From the human T2T-CHM13v2.0 reference genome, Homo sapiens: a stretch of DNA of 64,000 bases. Position 1 is the first letter of the stretch, and each line of letters starts with the position of its first letter. The position numbers were made by a program, and so were the translations under genes. Below are positions 23,445-38,729 of the stretch, piece after piece. Where the stretch lies: NCBI RefSeq assembly GCF_009914755.1, contig NC_060930.1; one strand, given 5' to 3'. The notes beneath the pieces are model-generated. The model did not search any database. It worked only from the letters and a program-made list of their open reading frames with translations, and was not told where the DNA came from.

Positions 23445-26400
23445 AACTTTGTGATGTGTGCGTTGAACTCACCGTCTTTAACCTTTCTTTTGGTAGAGAA
23501 GTTTTGAAACACTCTCTTTGTAAAGTCTACAAGTGGATATTTTGAGCCCTTGGAGGCATTCTTTGGAAAAGGGAATGTCTTCACATAAAAGGCAGACAGA
23601 AGTGTTCTCAGAAACTGCTTTGTGATGTCTGTGTTCAACTCACAGAGTTTAACATTTCCTTTGATAGAGCGGTTTAGTAACCCTCTCTTTGTAGAATTTG
23701 GAAGTGTATACTAAGAGCGCTTTGAGGCCTATGGTAGAAAAGGAAATATCTTTCCATAAAAGCTAGACAGAAGCAATCTCAGAAACTCCTTTGCGATGTC
23801 TGCATTCAACTCACCGAGTGGAACATTCCTCTTGAGAGAGCAGTTTGGAAACACTCTTTCTGTAGAATCAGCTTGTTTGTATTTGGACCTCCTTGAGGCC
23901 TTCGTTGGAAACGGGTTTTCATCTTATAAACCCAGACAGAAGAATTCTCAGAGTCTTCTTTGTGATGTGTGCTTTCAACTCACCGAGATAAAGATTTCTC
24001 TTGATAGAGCAATTTGGAAACACTCTTTTTGTAGAATTTGCAAGGGTACATTGAGAGCGCTTTCAGGCCTATGGTAGAAAAGGGAATATCTTTCCATAAA
24101 AGGTAGACAGAAGCAATCTCAGAAACTACTTTGTGATGTGTGCATTCAACTCACCGAGTGCAACGTTCCTCTTGACCGAGCAGTTTGGAAACATTGTTTC
24201 TGTAGAATCTGCAAGTGGATATTTGGACCTCTTTGAGGCCTTCGTTGGAAACGGGATTTCTTCCTATAAACCCAGACAGAAGAATTCTCAGAGACTTCTT
24301 TGTGATGTGTGAATTCAACTCACAGTGTGGATCCTTCCTTTTGATAGAGCAGTTTTGAAACCCTGTTTTTGTAGTATTTCCAAGCGGATATTTGGAACGC
24401 CTTGAAGCGTATGGTAGAAAAGGAAATATCTTCCCATAAAACCTAGACAGAACCAATCTCAGAAACGACTTTGTGATGTCTGCATTCAAGTCACAGAGTT
24501 GAACATTTCTCTTGATAGAGCAGTTTTGAAACCCTCTTTCTGAAGGATCTGCAAGTGGATATTTGGAACTCCTTTGGGTCTTCGTTGGAAACGGGATTTC
24601 TTCGTATAAATCTAGACAGAAGAATTCTCCGAAACTTCTTTGGTTGTGTGCATTCAAGTCACAGAGTGGAACCTTCCTTTGGATAGAGCAGTTTGAAACG
24701 CCGTGGTTGTAGTATTTCCAAGCGGATATTAGAGCGCCTTGAGGCCTATGGTAGAAAAGGAAATATCTTCCCATAAAACCTAGACGGAAGCAATCTCAGA
24801 AACTACTGTGTGATGGCTGCATTCCACACACACGGTGGAACATTTCTCTTGATAGAGCAGTTTTGAAACACTCTTTCTGTAGAATCTGCAAGTGGATAAT
24901 TGGACCGCCTTGAGGCCTTCGTTGGAAACGGGATTTCTTCATGTTACTCTAGATAGAAGAATTCTCAAACACTGCTATGTGATGTTTGCATTCAAGTCAC
25001 AGAGTGCAACATTCCTCTTGGTAGAGCAGTTGGGAAACACTCCTTTTGTAGAATCTGCAATGGGATATTTGGACTTCTTTGAGGCCTTCGTTGGAAACGG
25101 GATTTCTTCGTATGAATCTAGACAGAAGAATTCTCAGAAACTTCCTTGTGATGTGTGCATTCAACTCAGCGAGTGGCACCTTCCTTTGGATACAGCAGTT
25201 TTGAAACACTGTTTTTGTAGTATTTCCAAGCGGATATTTAGAGCGCCTTGAAGCCTATGCTAGAAATGGAAATATCTCCCCATAAAACCAAGACAGAAGC
25301 AATCTCAGAAACTAATGTGTGATGGCTGCATTCCACACACACGGTGGACCATTTCTCTTGATAGAGCAGTTTTGAAACACTCTTTCTGTAGAATCTGCAA
25401 GTGGATAATTGGACCTCCTAGAGGCCTTCGTTGGAAACGGGATTTCTTCATCTAAACCTACAGAGAAGAATTCTCAGTAACTTCTTCGGATGTGTGCATT
25501 CGACGCACAGAATGGAACATTCCCTTTGATAGAGCAGTTTTGAGACACCGTTTTTGTAGAATTCCCAAGTGGATATTTAGAGCACTTTGAAGTCTCTGCT
25601 AGAAAAGGAAACATCTTCATGTAAAAAGTAGATAGAATCGTTCTCAGAAAGTGCTTAGTGACGTGTGCGTTCAACTCACAGAGTTTAACGTTTCTTTTGA
25701 TAGAGCGTTTCTGAAACACCCTTCTTGTAGTAGCTGCAAGTGGATATTTGGACCTATTGGAGGCCTTCTTTGGAAATGGGATTTCTTCATGTAACTCTAG
25801 ATTGAAGAGTTCTCAGAAACTCCTTTGTGATGTGTGCATTCAATTCAAAGAGTGAAACCTCCCTTTTCACAGAGCAGTTTTGAAACACTGTTTTTGTAGG
25901 ATTTCCAAGGGGATATTTATAGCGCATTGAGCCTACGGCGGAAAAAGAAACATCTTCCTATAAAAACTAGACAGAATACTTCTCAGAATCTGCTTTGCGA
26001 TGTGTGCGTTCAACTCACAGAGTAAAACTTTTCTTTTGATAGAGCAGTTTTGAAACACTCTTTTTGTAGTATTTGCATGTGTATATTTAGAGCGCATTGA
26101 AGCCCACAGTAGAAAAGGAAATAACTTCACCTAAAACCTAGACAGAAGCAATCTCAGAAACTACTTTGTGATGTGTACATTCAACTCACAGAGTGGAACT
26201 TTCCTCTTTATAGAGCAGTGTTGAAACACTCTTTTTGTAGAAACTGCAAGTGGATATTTGGACCTCTTTGAGGCCTTCGTTGGAAACGGGATTTCTTCCT
26301 ATAACCCTAGACAGAAGAATTTTCAGAAACCTCATTGTGATGTGTGCGTTCATCTCACAGAGTGGAGTCTTCCGTTTGATAGAGAAGTTTTGAAACCCTG

Positions 26401-29400
26401 TTCTTGTAGGATTTCCAAGTGGATATTTAGACCACTTTGAAGCCTATGATAGAAAAGGAAACATCTTCATGGAAAACATAGATAGAATCATCCTCAGAAA
26501 CAACTTTGTGATGTGTGCGTTGAACTCACCGTCTTTAACCTTTCTTTTGGTAGAGAAGTTTTGAAACACTCTCTTTGTAAAGTCTACAAGTGGATATTTT
26601 GAGCCCTTGGAGGCATTCTTTGGAAAAGGGAATGTCTTCACATAAAAGGCAGACGGAAGTGTTCTCAGAAACTGCTTTGTGATGTCTGTGTTCAACTCAC
26701 AGAGTTTAACATTTCCTTTGATAGAGCGGTTTAGTAACCCTCTCTTTGTAGAATTTGGAAGTGTATACTAAGAGCGCTTTGAGGCCTATGGTAGAAAAGG
26801 AAATATCTTTCCATAAAAGCTAGACAGAAGCAATCTCAGAAACTCCTTTGCGATGTCTGCATTCAACTCACCGAGTGGAACATTCCTCTTGAGAGAGCAG
26901 TTTGGAAACACTCTTTCTGTAGAATCAGCTTGTTTGTATTTGGACCTCCTTGAGGCCTTCGTTGGAAACGGGTTTTCATCTTATAAACCCAGACAGAAGA
27001 ATTCTCAGAGTCTTCTTTGTGATGTGTGCTTTCAACTCACCGAGATAAAGATTTCTCTTGATAGAGCAATTTGGAAACACTCTTTTTGTAGAATTTGCAA
27101 GGGTACATTGAGAGCGCTTTCAGGCCTATGGTAGAAAAGGGAATATCTTTCCATAAAAGGTAGACAGAAGCAATCTCAGAAACTACTTTGTGATGTGTGC
27201 ATTCAACTCACCGAGTGCAACGTTCCTCTTGACCGAGCAGTTTGGAAACATTGTTTCTGTAGAATCTGCAAGTGGATATTTGGACCTCTTTGAGGCCTTC
27301 GTTGGAAACGGGATTTCTTCCTATAAACCCAGACAGAAGAATTCTCAGAGACTTCTTTGTGATGTGTGAATTCAACTCACAGTGTGGATCCTTCCTTTTG
27401 ATAGAGCAGTTTTGAAACCCTGTTTTTGTAGTATTTCCAAGCGGATATTTGGAACGCCTTGAAGCGTATGGTAGAAAAGGAAATATCTTCCCATAAAACC
27501 TAGACAGAACCAATCTCAGAAACGACTTTGTGATGTCTGCATTCAAGTCACAGAGTTGAACATTTCTCTTGATAGAGCAGTTTTGAAACCCTCTTTCTGA
27601 AGGATCTGCAAGTGGATATTTGGAACTCCTTTGGGTCTTCGTTGGAAACGGGATTTCTTCGTATAAATCTAGACAGAAGAATTCTCCGAAACTTCTTTGG
27701 TTGTGTGCATTCAAGTCACAGAGTGGAACCTTCCTTTGGATAGAGCAGTTTGAAACGCCGTGGTTGTAGTATTTCCAAGCGGATATTAGAGCGCCTTGAG
27801 GCCTATGGTAGAAAAGGAAATATCTTCCCATAAAACCTAGACGGAAGCAATCTCAGAAACTACTGTGTGATGGCTGCATTCCACACACACGGTGGAACAT
27901 TTCTCTTGATAGAGCAGTTTTGAAACACTCTTTCTGTAGAATCTGCAAGTGGATAATTGGACCGCCTTGAGGCCTTCGTTGGAAACGGGATTTCTTCATG
28001 TTACTCTAGATAGAAGAATTCTCAAACACTGCTATGTGATGTTTGCATTCAAGTCACAGAGTGCAACATTCCTCTTGGTAGAGCAGTTGGGAAACACTCC
28101 TTTTGTAGAATCTGCAATGGGATATTTGGACTTCTTTGAGGCCTTCGTTGGAAACGGGATTTCTTCGTATGAATCTAGACAGAAGAATTCTCAGAAACTT
28201 CCTTGTGATGTGTGCATTCAACTCAGCGAGTGGCACCTTCCTTTGGATACAGCAGTTTTGAAACACTGTTTTTGTAGTATTTCCAAGCGGATATTTAGAG
28301 CGCCTTGAAGCCTATGCTAGAAATGGAAATATCTCCCCATAAAACCAAGACAGAAGCAATCTCAGAAACTAATGTGTGATGGCTGCATTCCACACACACG
28401 GTGGACCATTTCTCTTGATAGAGCAGTTTTGAAACACTCTTTCTGTAGAATCTGCAAGTGGATAATTGGACCTCCTAGAGGCCTTCGTTGGAAATGGGAT
28501 TTCTTCATCTAAACCTACAGAGAAGAATTCTCAGTAACTTCTTCGGATGTGTGCATTCGACGCACAGAATGGAACATTCCCTTTGATAGAGCAGTTTTGA
28601 GACACCGTTTTTGTAGAATTCCCAAGTGGATATTTAGAGCACTTTGAAGTCTCTGCTAGAAAAGGAAACATCTTCATGTAAAAAGTAGATAGAATCGTTC
28701 TCAGAAAGTGCTTAGTGACGTGTGCGTTCAACTCACAGAGTTTAACGTTTCTTTTGATAGAGCGTTTCTGAAACACCCTTCTTGTAGTAGCTGCAAGTGG
28801 ATATTTGGACCTATTGGAGGCCTTCTTTGGAAATGGGATTTCTTCATGTAACTCTAGATTGAAGAGTTCTCAGAAACTCCTTTGTGATGTGTGCATTCAA
28901 TTCAAAGAGTGAAACCTCCCTTTTCACAGAGCAGTTTTGAAACACTGTTTTTGTAGGATTTCCAAGGGGATATTTATAGCGCATTGAGCCTACGGCGGAA
29001 AAAGAAACATCTTCCTATAAAAACTAGACAGAATACTTCTCAGAATCTGCTTTGCGATGTGTGCGTTCAACTCACAGAGTAAAACTTTTCTTTTGATAGA
29101 GCAGTTTTGAAACACTCTTTTTGTAGTATTTGCATGTGTATATTTAGAGCGCATTGAAGCCCACAGTAGAAAAGGAAATAACTTCACCTAAAACCTAGAC
29201 AGAAGCAATCTCAGAAACTACTTTGTGATGTGTACATTCAACTCACAGAGTGGAACTTTCCTCTTTATAGAGCAGTGTTGAAACACTCTTTTTGTAGAAA
29301 CTGCAAGTGGATATTTGGACCTCTTTGAGGCCTTCGTTGGAAACGGGATTTCTTCCTATAACCCTAGACAGAAGAATTTTCAGAAACCTCATTGTGATGT

Positions 29401-32400
29401 GTGCGTTCATCTCACAGAGTGGAGTCTTCCGTTTGATAGAGAAGTTTTGAAACCCTGTTCTTGTAGGATTTCCAAGTGGATATTTAGACCACTTTGAAGC
29501 CTATGATAGAAAAGGAAACATCTTCATGGAAAACATAGATAGAATCATCCTCAGAAACAACTTTGTGATGTGTGCGTTGAACTCACCGTCTTTAACCTTT
29601 CTTTTGGTAGAGAAGTTTTGAAACACTCTCTTTGTAAAGTCTACAAGTGGATATTTTGAGCCCTTGGAGGCATTCTTTGGAAAAGGGAATGTCTTCACAT
29701 AAAAGGCAGACGGAAGTGTTCTCAGAAACTGCTTTGTGATGTCTGTGTTCAACTCACAGAGTTTAACATTTCCTTTGATAGAGCGGTTTAGTAACCCTCT
29801 CTTTGTAGAATTTGGAAGTGTATACTAAGAGCGCTTTGAGGCCTATGGTAGAAAAGGAAATATCTTTCCATAAAAGCTAGACAGAAGCAATCTCAGAAAC
29901 TCCTTTGCGATGTCTGCATTCAACTCACCGAGTGGAACATTCCTCTTGAGAGAGCAGTTTGGAAACACTCTTTCTGTAGAATCAGCTTGTTTGTATTTGG
30001 ACCTCCTTGAGGCCTTCGTTGGAAACGGGTTTTCATCTTATAAACCCAGACAGAAGAATTCTCAGAGTCTTCTTTGTGATGTGTGCTTTCAACTCACCGA
30101 GATAAAGATTTCTCTTGATAGAGCAATTTGGAAACACTCTTTTTGTAGAATTTGCAAGGGTACATTGAGAGCGCTTTCAGGCCTATGGTAGAAAAGGGAA
30201 TATCTTTCCATAAAAGGTAGACAGAAGCAATCTCAGAAACTACTTTGTGATGTGTGCATTCAACTCACCGAGTGCAACGTTCCTCTTGACCGAGCAGTTT
30301 GGAAACATTGTTTCTGTAGAATCTGCAAGTGGATATTTGGACCTCTTTGAGGCCTTCGTTGGAAACGGGATTTCTTCCTATAAACCCAGACAGAAGAATT
30401 CTCAGAGACTTCTTTGTGATGTGTGAATTCAACTCACAGTGTGGATCCTTCCTTTTGATAGAGCAGTTTTGAAACCCTGTTTTTGTAGTATTTCCAAGCG
30501 GATATTTGGAACGCCTTGAAGCGTATGGTAGAAAAGGAAATATCTTCCCATAAAACCTAGACAGAACCAATCTCAGAAACGACTTTGTGATGTCTGCATT
30601 CAAGTCACAGAGTTGAACATTTCTCTTGATAGAGCAGTTTTGAAACCCTCTTTCTGAAGGATCTGCAAGTGGATATATGGAACTCCTTTGGGTCTTCGTT
30701 GGAAACGGGATTTCTTCGTATAAATCTAGACAGAAGAATTCTCCGAAACTTCTTTGGTTGTGTGCATTCAAGTCACAGAGTGGAACCTTCCTTTGGATAG
30801 AGCAGTTTGAAACGCCGTGGTTGTAGTATTTCCAAGCGGATATTAGAGCGCCTTGAGGCCTATGGTAGAAAAGGAAATATCTTCCCATAAAACCTAGACG
30901 GAAGCAATCTCAGAAACTACTGTGTGATGGCTGCATTCCACACACACGGTGGAACATTTCTCTTGATAGAGCAGTTTTGAAACACTCTTTCTGTAGAATC
31001 TGCAAGTGGATAATTGGACCGCCTTGAGGCCTTCGTTGGAAACGGGATTTCTTCATGTTACTCTAGATAGAAGAATTCTCAAACACTGCTATGTGATGTT
31101 TGCATTCAAGTCACAGAGTGCAACATTCCTCTTGGTAGAGCAGTTGGGAAACACTCCTTTTGTAGAATCTGCAATGGGATATTTGGACTTCTTTGAGGCC
31201 TTCGTTGGAAACGGGATTTCTTCGTATGAATCTAGACAGAAGAATTCTCAGAAACTTCCTTGTGATGTGTGCATTCAACTCAGCGAGTGGCACCTTCCTT
31301 TGGATACAGCAGTTTTGAAACACTGTTTTTGTAGTATTTCCAAGCGGATATTTAGAGCGCCTTGAAGCCTATGCTAGAAATGGAAATATCTCCCCATAAA
31401 ACCAAGACAGAAGCAATCTCAGAAACTAATGTGTGATGGCTGCATTCCACACACACGGTGGACCATTTCTCTTGATAGAGCAGTTTTGAAACACTCTTTC
31501 TGTAGAATCTGCAAGTGGATAATTGGACCTCCTAGAGGCCTTCGTTGGAAACGGGATTTCTTCATCTAAACCTACAGAGAAGAATTCTCAGTAACTTCTT
31601 CGGATGTGTGCATTCGACGCACAGAATGGAACATTCCCTTTGATAGAGCAGTTTTGAGACACCGTTTTTGTAGAATTCCCAAGTGGATATTTAGAGCACT
31701 TTGAAGTCTCTGCTAGAAAAGGAAACATCTTCATGTAAAAAGTAGATAGAATCGTTCTCAGAAAGTGCTTAGTGACGTGTGCGTTCAACTCACAGAGTTT
31801 AACGTTTCTTTTGATAGAGCGTTTCTGAAACACCCTTCTTGTAGTAGCTGCAAGTGGATATTTGGACCTATTGGAGGCCTTCTTTGGAAATGGGATTTCT
31901 TCATGTAACTCTAGATTGAAGAGTTCTCAGAAACTCCTTTGTGATGTGTGCATTCAATTCAAAGAGTGAAACCTCCCTTTTCACAGAGCAGTTTTGAAAC
32001 ACTGTTTTTGTAGGATTTCCAAGGGGATATTTATAGCGCATTGAGCCTACGGCGGAAAAAGAAACATCTTCCTATAAAAACTAGACAGAATACTTCTCAG
32101 AATCTGCTTTGCGATGTGTGCGTTCAACTCACAGAGTAAAACTTTTCTTTTGATAGAGCAGTTTTGAAACACTCTTTTTGTAGTATTTGCATGTGTATAT
32201 TTAGAGCGCATTGAAGCCCACAGTAGAAAAGGAAATAACTTCACCTAAAACCTAGACAGAAGCAATCTCAGAAACTACTTTGTGATGTGTACATTCAACT
32301 CACAGAGTGGAACTTTCCTCTTTATAGAGCAGTGTTGAAACACTCTTTTTGTAGAAACTGCAAGTGGATATTTGGACCTCTTTGAGGCCTTCGTTGGAAA

Positions 32401-35400
32401 CGGGATTTCTTCCTATAACCCTAGACAGAAGAATTTTCAGAAACCTCATTGTGATGTGTGCGTTCATCTCACAGAGTGGAGTCTTCCGTTTGATAGAGAA
32501 GTTTTGAAACCCTGTTCTTGTAGGATTTCCAAGTGGATATTTAGACCACTTTGAAGCCTATGATAGAAAAGGAAACATCTTCATGGAAAACATAGATAGA
32601 ATCATCCTCAGAAACAACTTTGTGATGTGTGCGTTGAACTCACCGTCTTTAACCTTTCTTTTGGTAGAGAAGTTTTGAAACACTCTCTTTGTAAAGTCTA
32701 CAAGTGGATATTTTGAGCCCTTGGAGGCATTCTTTGGAAAAGGGAATGTCTTCACATAAAAGGCAGACGGAAGTGTTCTCAGAAACTGCTTTGTGATGTC
32801 TGTGTTCAACTCACAGAGTTTAACATTTCCTTTGATAGAGCGGTTTAGTAACCCTCTCTTTGTAGAATTTGGAAGTGTATACTAAGAGCGCTTTGAGGCC
32901 TATGGTAGAAAAGGAAATATCTTTCCATAAAAGCTAGACAGAAGCAATCTCAGAAACTCCTTTGCGATGTCTGCATTCAACTCACCGAGTGGAACATTCC
33001 TCTTGAGAGAGCAGTTTGGAAACACTCTTTCTGTAGAATCAGCTTGTTTGTATTTGGACCTCCTTGAGGCCTTCGTTGGAAACGGGTTTTCATCTTATAA
33101 ACCCAGACAGAAGAATTCTCAGAGTCTTCTTTGTGATGTGTGCTTTCAACTCACCGAGATAAAGATTTCTCTTGATAGAGCAATTTGGAAACACTCTTTT
33201 TGTAGAATTTGCAAGGGTACATTGAGAGCGCTTTCAGGCCTATGGTAGAAAAGGGAATATCTTTCCATAAAAGGTAGACAGAAGCAATCTCAGAAACTAC
33301 TTTGTGATGTGTGCATTCAACTCACCGAGTGCAACGTTCCTCTTGACCGAGCAGTTTGGAAACATTGTTTCTGTAGAATCTGCAAGTGGATATTTGGACC
33401 TCTTTGAGGCCTTCGTTGGAAACGGGATTTCTTCCTATAAACCCAGACAGAAGAATTCTCAGAGACTTCTTTGTGATGTGTGAATTCAACTCACAGTGTG
33501 GATCCTTCCTTTTGATAGAGCAGTTTTGAAACCCTGTTTTTGTAGTATTTCCAAGCGGATATTCGGAACGCCTTGAAGCGTATGGTAGAAAAGGAAATAT
33601 CTTCCCATAAAACCTAGACAGAACCAATCTCAGAAACGACTTTGTGATGTCTGCATTCAAGTCACAGAGTTGAACATTTCTCTTGATAGAGCAGTTTTGA
33701 AACCCTCTTTCTGAAGGATCTGCAAGTGGATATTTGGAACTCCTTTGGGTCTTCGTTGGAAACGGGATTTCTTCGTATAAATCTAGACAGAAGAATTCTC
33801 CGAAACTTCTTTGGTTGTGTGCATTCAAGTCACAGAGTGGAACCTTCCTTTGGATAGAGCAGTTTGAAACGCCGTGGTTGTAGTATTTCCAAGCGGATAT
33901 TAGAGCGCCTTGAGGCCTATGGTAGAAAAGGAAATATCTTCCCATAAAACCTAGACGGAAGCAATCTCAGAAACTACTGTGTGATGGCTGCATTCCACAC
34001 ACACGGTGGAACATTTCTCTTGATAGAGCAGTTTTGAAACACTCTTTCTGTAGAATCTGCAAGTGGATAATTGGACCGCCTTGAGGCCTTCGTTGGAAAC
34101 GGGATTTCTTCATGTTACTCTAGATAGAAGAATTCTCAAACACTGCTATGTGATGTTTGCATTCAAGTCACAGAGTGCAACATTCCTCTTGGTAGAGCAG
34201 TTGGGAAACACTCCTTTTGTAGAATCTGCAATGGGATATTTGGACTTCTTTGAGGCCTTCGTTGGAAACGGGATTTCTTCGTATGAATCTAGACAGAAGA
34301 ATTCTCAGAAACTTCCTTGTGATGTGTGCATTCAACTCAGCGAGTGGCACCTTCCTTTGGATACAGCAGTTTTGAAACACTGTTTTTGTAGTATTTCCAA
34401 GCGGATATTTAGAGCGCCTTGAAGCCTATGCTAGAAATGGAAATATCTCCCCATAAAACCAAGACAGAAGCAATCTCAGAAACTAATGTGTGATGGCTGC
34501 ATTCCACACACACGGTGGACCATTTCTCTTGATAGAGCAGTTTTGAAACACTCTTTCTGTAGAATCTGCAAGTGGATAATTGGACCTCCTAGAGGCCTTC
34601 GTTGGAAACGGGATTTCTTCATCTAAACCTACAGAGAAGAATTCTCAGTAACTTCTTCGGATGTGTGCATTCGACGCACAGAATGGAACATTCCCTTTGA
34701 TAGAGCAGTTTTGAGACACCGTTTTTGTAGAATTCCCAAGTGGATATTTAGAGCACTTTGAAGTCTCTGCTAGAAAAGGAAACATCTTCATGTAAAAAGT
34801 AGATAGAATCGTTCTCAGAAAGTGCTTAGTGACGTGTGCGTTCAACTCACAGAGTTTAACGTTTCTTTTGATAGAGCGTTTCTGAAACACCCTTCTTGTA
34901 GTAGCTGCAAGTGGATATTTGGACCTATTGGAGGCCTTCTTTGGAAATGGGATTTCTTCATGTAACTCTAGATTGAAGAGTTCTCAGAAACTCCTTTGTG
35001 ATGTGTGCATTCAATTCAAAGAGTGAAACCTCCCTTTTCACAGAGCAGTTTTGAAACACTGTTTTTGTAGGATTTCCAAGGGGATATTTATAGCGCATTG
35101 AGCCTACGGCGGAAAAAGAAACATCTTCCTATAAAAACTAGACAGAATACTTCTCAGAATCTGCTTTGCGATGTGTGCGTTCAACTCACAGAGTAAAACT
35201 TTTCTTTTGATAGAGCAGTTTTGAAACACTCTTTTTGTAGTATTTGCATGTGTATATTTAGAGCGCATTGAAGCCCACAGTAGAAAAGGAAATAACTTCA
35301 CCTAAAACCTAGACAGAAGCAATCTCAGAAACTACTTTGTGATGTGTACATTCAACTCACAGAGTGGAACTTTCCTCTTTATAGAGCAGTGTTGAAACAC

Positions 35401-38400
35401 TCTTTTTGTAGAAACTGCAAGTGGATATTTGGACCTCTTTGAGGCCTTCGTTGGAAACGGGATTTCTTCCTATAACCCTAGACAGAAGAATTTTCAGAAA
35501 CCTCATTGTGATGTGTGCGTTCATCTCACAGAGTGGAGTCTTCCGTTTGATAGAGAAGTTTTGAAACCCTGTTCTTGTAGGATTTCCAAGTGGATATTTA
35601 GACCACTTTGAAGCCTATGATAGAAAAGGAAACATCTTCATGGAAAACATAGATAGAATCATCCTCAGAAACAACTTTGTGATGTGTGCGTTGAACTCAC
35701 CGTCTTTAACCTTTCTTTTGGTAGAGAAGTTTTGAAACACTCTCTTTGTAAAGTCTACAAGTGGATATTTTGAGCCCTTGGAGGCATTCTTTGGAAAAGG
35801 GAATGTCTTCACATAAAAGGCAGACGGAAGTGTTCTCAGAAACTGCTTTGTGATGTCTGTGTTCAACTCACAGAGTTTAACATTTCCTTTGATAGAGCGG
35901 TTTAGTAACCCTCTCTTTGTAGAATTTGGAAGTGTATACTAAGAGCGCTTTGAGGCCTATGGTAGAAAAGGAAATATCTTTCCATAAAAGCTAGACAGAA
36001 GCAATCTCAGAAACTCCTTTGCGATGTCTGCATTCAACTCACCGAGTGGAACATTCCTCTTGAGAGAGCAGTTTGGAAACACTCTTTCTGTAGAATCAGC
36101 TTGTTTGTATTTGGACCTCCTTGAGGCCTTCGTTGGAAACGGGTTTTCATCTTATAAACCCAGACAGAAGAATTCTCAGAGTCTTCTTTGTGATGTGTGC
36201 TTTCAACTCACCGAGATAAAGATTTCTCTTGATAGAGCAATTTGGAAACACTCTTTTTGTAGAATTTGCAAGGGTACATTGAGAGCGCTTTCAGGCCTAT
36301 GGTAGAAAAGGGAATATCTTTCCATAAAAGGTAGACAGAAGCAATCTCAGAAACTACTTTGTGATGTGTGCATTCAACTCACCGAGTGCAACGTTCCTCT
36401 TGACCGAGCAGTTTGGAAACATTGTTTCTGTAGAATCTGCAAGTGGATATTTGGACCTCTTTGAGGCCTTCGTTGGAAACGGGATTTCTTCCTATAAACC
36501 CAGACAGAAGAATTCTCAGAGACTTCTTTGTGATGTGTGAATTCAACTCACAGTGTGGATCCTTCCTTTTGATAGAGCAGTTTTGAAACCCTGTTTTTGT
36601 AGTATTTCCAAGCGGATATTCGGAACGCCTTGAAGCGTATGGTAGAAAAGGAAATATCTTCCCATAAAACCTAGACAGAACCAATCTCAGAAACGACTTT
36701 GTGATGTCTGCATTCAAGTCACAGAGTTGAACATTTCTCTTGATAGAGCAGTTTTGAAACCCTCTTTCTGAAGGATCTGCAAGTGGATATTTGGAACTCC
36801 TTTGGGTCTTCGTTGGAAACGGGATTTCTTCGTATAAATCTAGACAGAAGAATTCTCCGAAACTTCTTTGGTTGTGTGCATTCAAGTCACAGAGTGGAAC
36901 CTTCCTTTGGATAGAGCAGTTTGAAACGCCGTGGTTGTAGTATTTCCAAGCGGATATTAGAGCGCCTTGAGGCCTATGGTAGAAAAGGAAATATCTTCCC
37001 ATAAAACCTAGACGGAAGCAATCTCAGAAACTACTGTGTGATGGCTGCATTCCACACACACGGTGGAACATTTCTCTTGATAGAGCAGTTTTGAAACACT
37101 CTTTCTGTAGAATCTGCAAGTGGATAATTGGACCGCCTTGAGGCCTTCGTTGGAAACGGGATTTCTTCATGTTACTCTAGATAGAAGAATTCTCAAACAC
37201 TGCTATGTGATGTTTGCATTCAAGTCACAGAGTGCAACATTCCTCTTGGTAGAGCAGTTGGGAAACACTCCTTTTGTAGAATCTGCAATGGGATATTTGG
37301 ACTTCTTTGAGGCCTTCGTTGGAAACGGGATTTCTTCGTATGAATCTAGACAGAAGAATTCTCAGAAACTTCCTTGTGATGTGTGCATTCAACTCAGCGA
37401 GTGGCACCTTCCTTTGGATACAGCAGTTTTGAAACACTGTTTTTGTAGTATTTCCAAGCGGATATTTAGAGCGCCTTGAAGCCTATGCTAGAAATGGAAA
37501 TATCTCCCCATAAAACCAAGACAGAAGCAATCTCAGAAACTAATGTGTGATGGCTGCATTCCACACACACGGTGGACCATTTCTCTTGATAGAGCAGTTT
37601 TGAAACACTCTTTCTGTAGAATCTGCAAGTGGATAATTGGACCTCCTAGAGGCCTTCGTTGGAAACGGGATTTCTTCATCTAAACCTACAGAGAAGAATT
37701 CTCAGTAACTTCTTCGGATGTGTGCATTCGACGCACAGAATGGAACATTCCCTTTGATAGAGCAGTTTTGAGACACCGTTTTTGTAGAATTCCCAAGTGG
37801 ATATTTAGAGCACTTTGAAGTCTCTGCTAGAAAAGGAAACATCTTCATGTAAAAAGTAGATAGAATCGTTCTCAGAAAGTGCTTAGTGACGTGTGCGTTC
37901 AACTCACAGAGTTTAACGTTTCTTTTGATAGAGCGTTTCTGAAACACCCTTCTTGTAGTAGCTGCAAGTGGATATTTGGACCTATTGGAGGCCTTCTTTG
38001 GAAATGGGATTTCTTCATGTAACTCTAGATTGAAGAGTTCTCAGAAACTCCTTTGTGATGTGTGCATTCAATTCAAAGAGTGAAACCTCCCTTTTCACAG
38101 AGCAGTTTTGAAACACTGTTTTTGTAGGATTTCCAAGGGGATATTTATAGCGCATTGAGCCTACGGCGGAAAAAGAAACATCTTCCTATAAAAACTAGAC
38201 AGAATACTTCTCAGAATCTGCTTTGCGATGTGTGCGTTCAACTCACAGAGTAAAACTTTTCTTTTGATAGAGCAGTTTTGAAACACTCTTTTTGTAGTAT
38301 TTGCATGTGTATATTTAGAGCGCATTGAAGCCCACAGTAGAAAAGGAAATAACTTCACCTAAAACCTAGACAGAAGCAATCTCAGAAACTACTTTGTGAT

Positions 38401-38729
38401 GTGTACATTCAACTCACAGAGTGGAACTTTCCTCTTTATAGAGCAGTGTTGAAACACTCTTTTTGTAGAAACTGCAAGTGGATATTTGGACCTCTTTGAG
38501 GCCTTCGTTGGAAACGGGATTTCTTCCTATAACCCTAGACAGAAGAATTTTCAGAAACCTCATTGTGATGTGTGCGTTCATCTCACAGAGTGGAGTCTTC
38601 CGTTTGATAGAGAAGTTTTGAAACCCTGTTCTTGTAGGATTTCCAAGTGGATATTTAGACCACTTTGAAGCCTATGATAGAAAAGGAAACATCTTCATGG
38701 AAAACATAGATAGAATCATCCTCAGAAAC
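23445..38729 (+). repeat. Five tandem 18-mer HOR units (U9-U13; starts 23445, 26502, 29559, 32616, 35673)
   Basis: Constant 3,057 bp spacing of ORF markers 23796, 26853, 29910, 32967, 36024, 39081. Confidence 0.95.
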
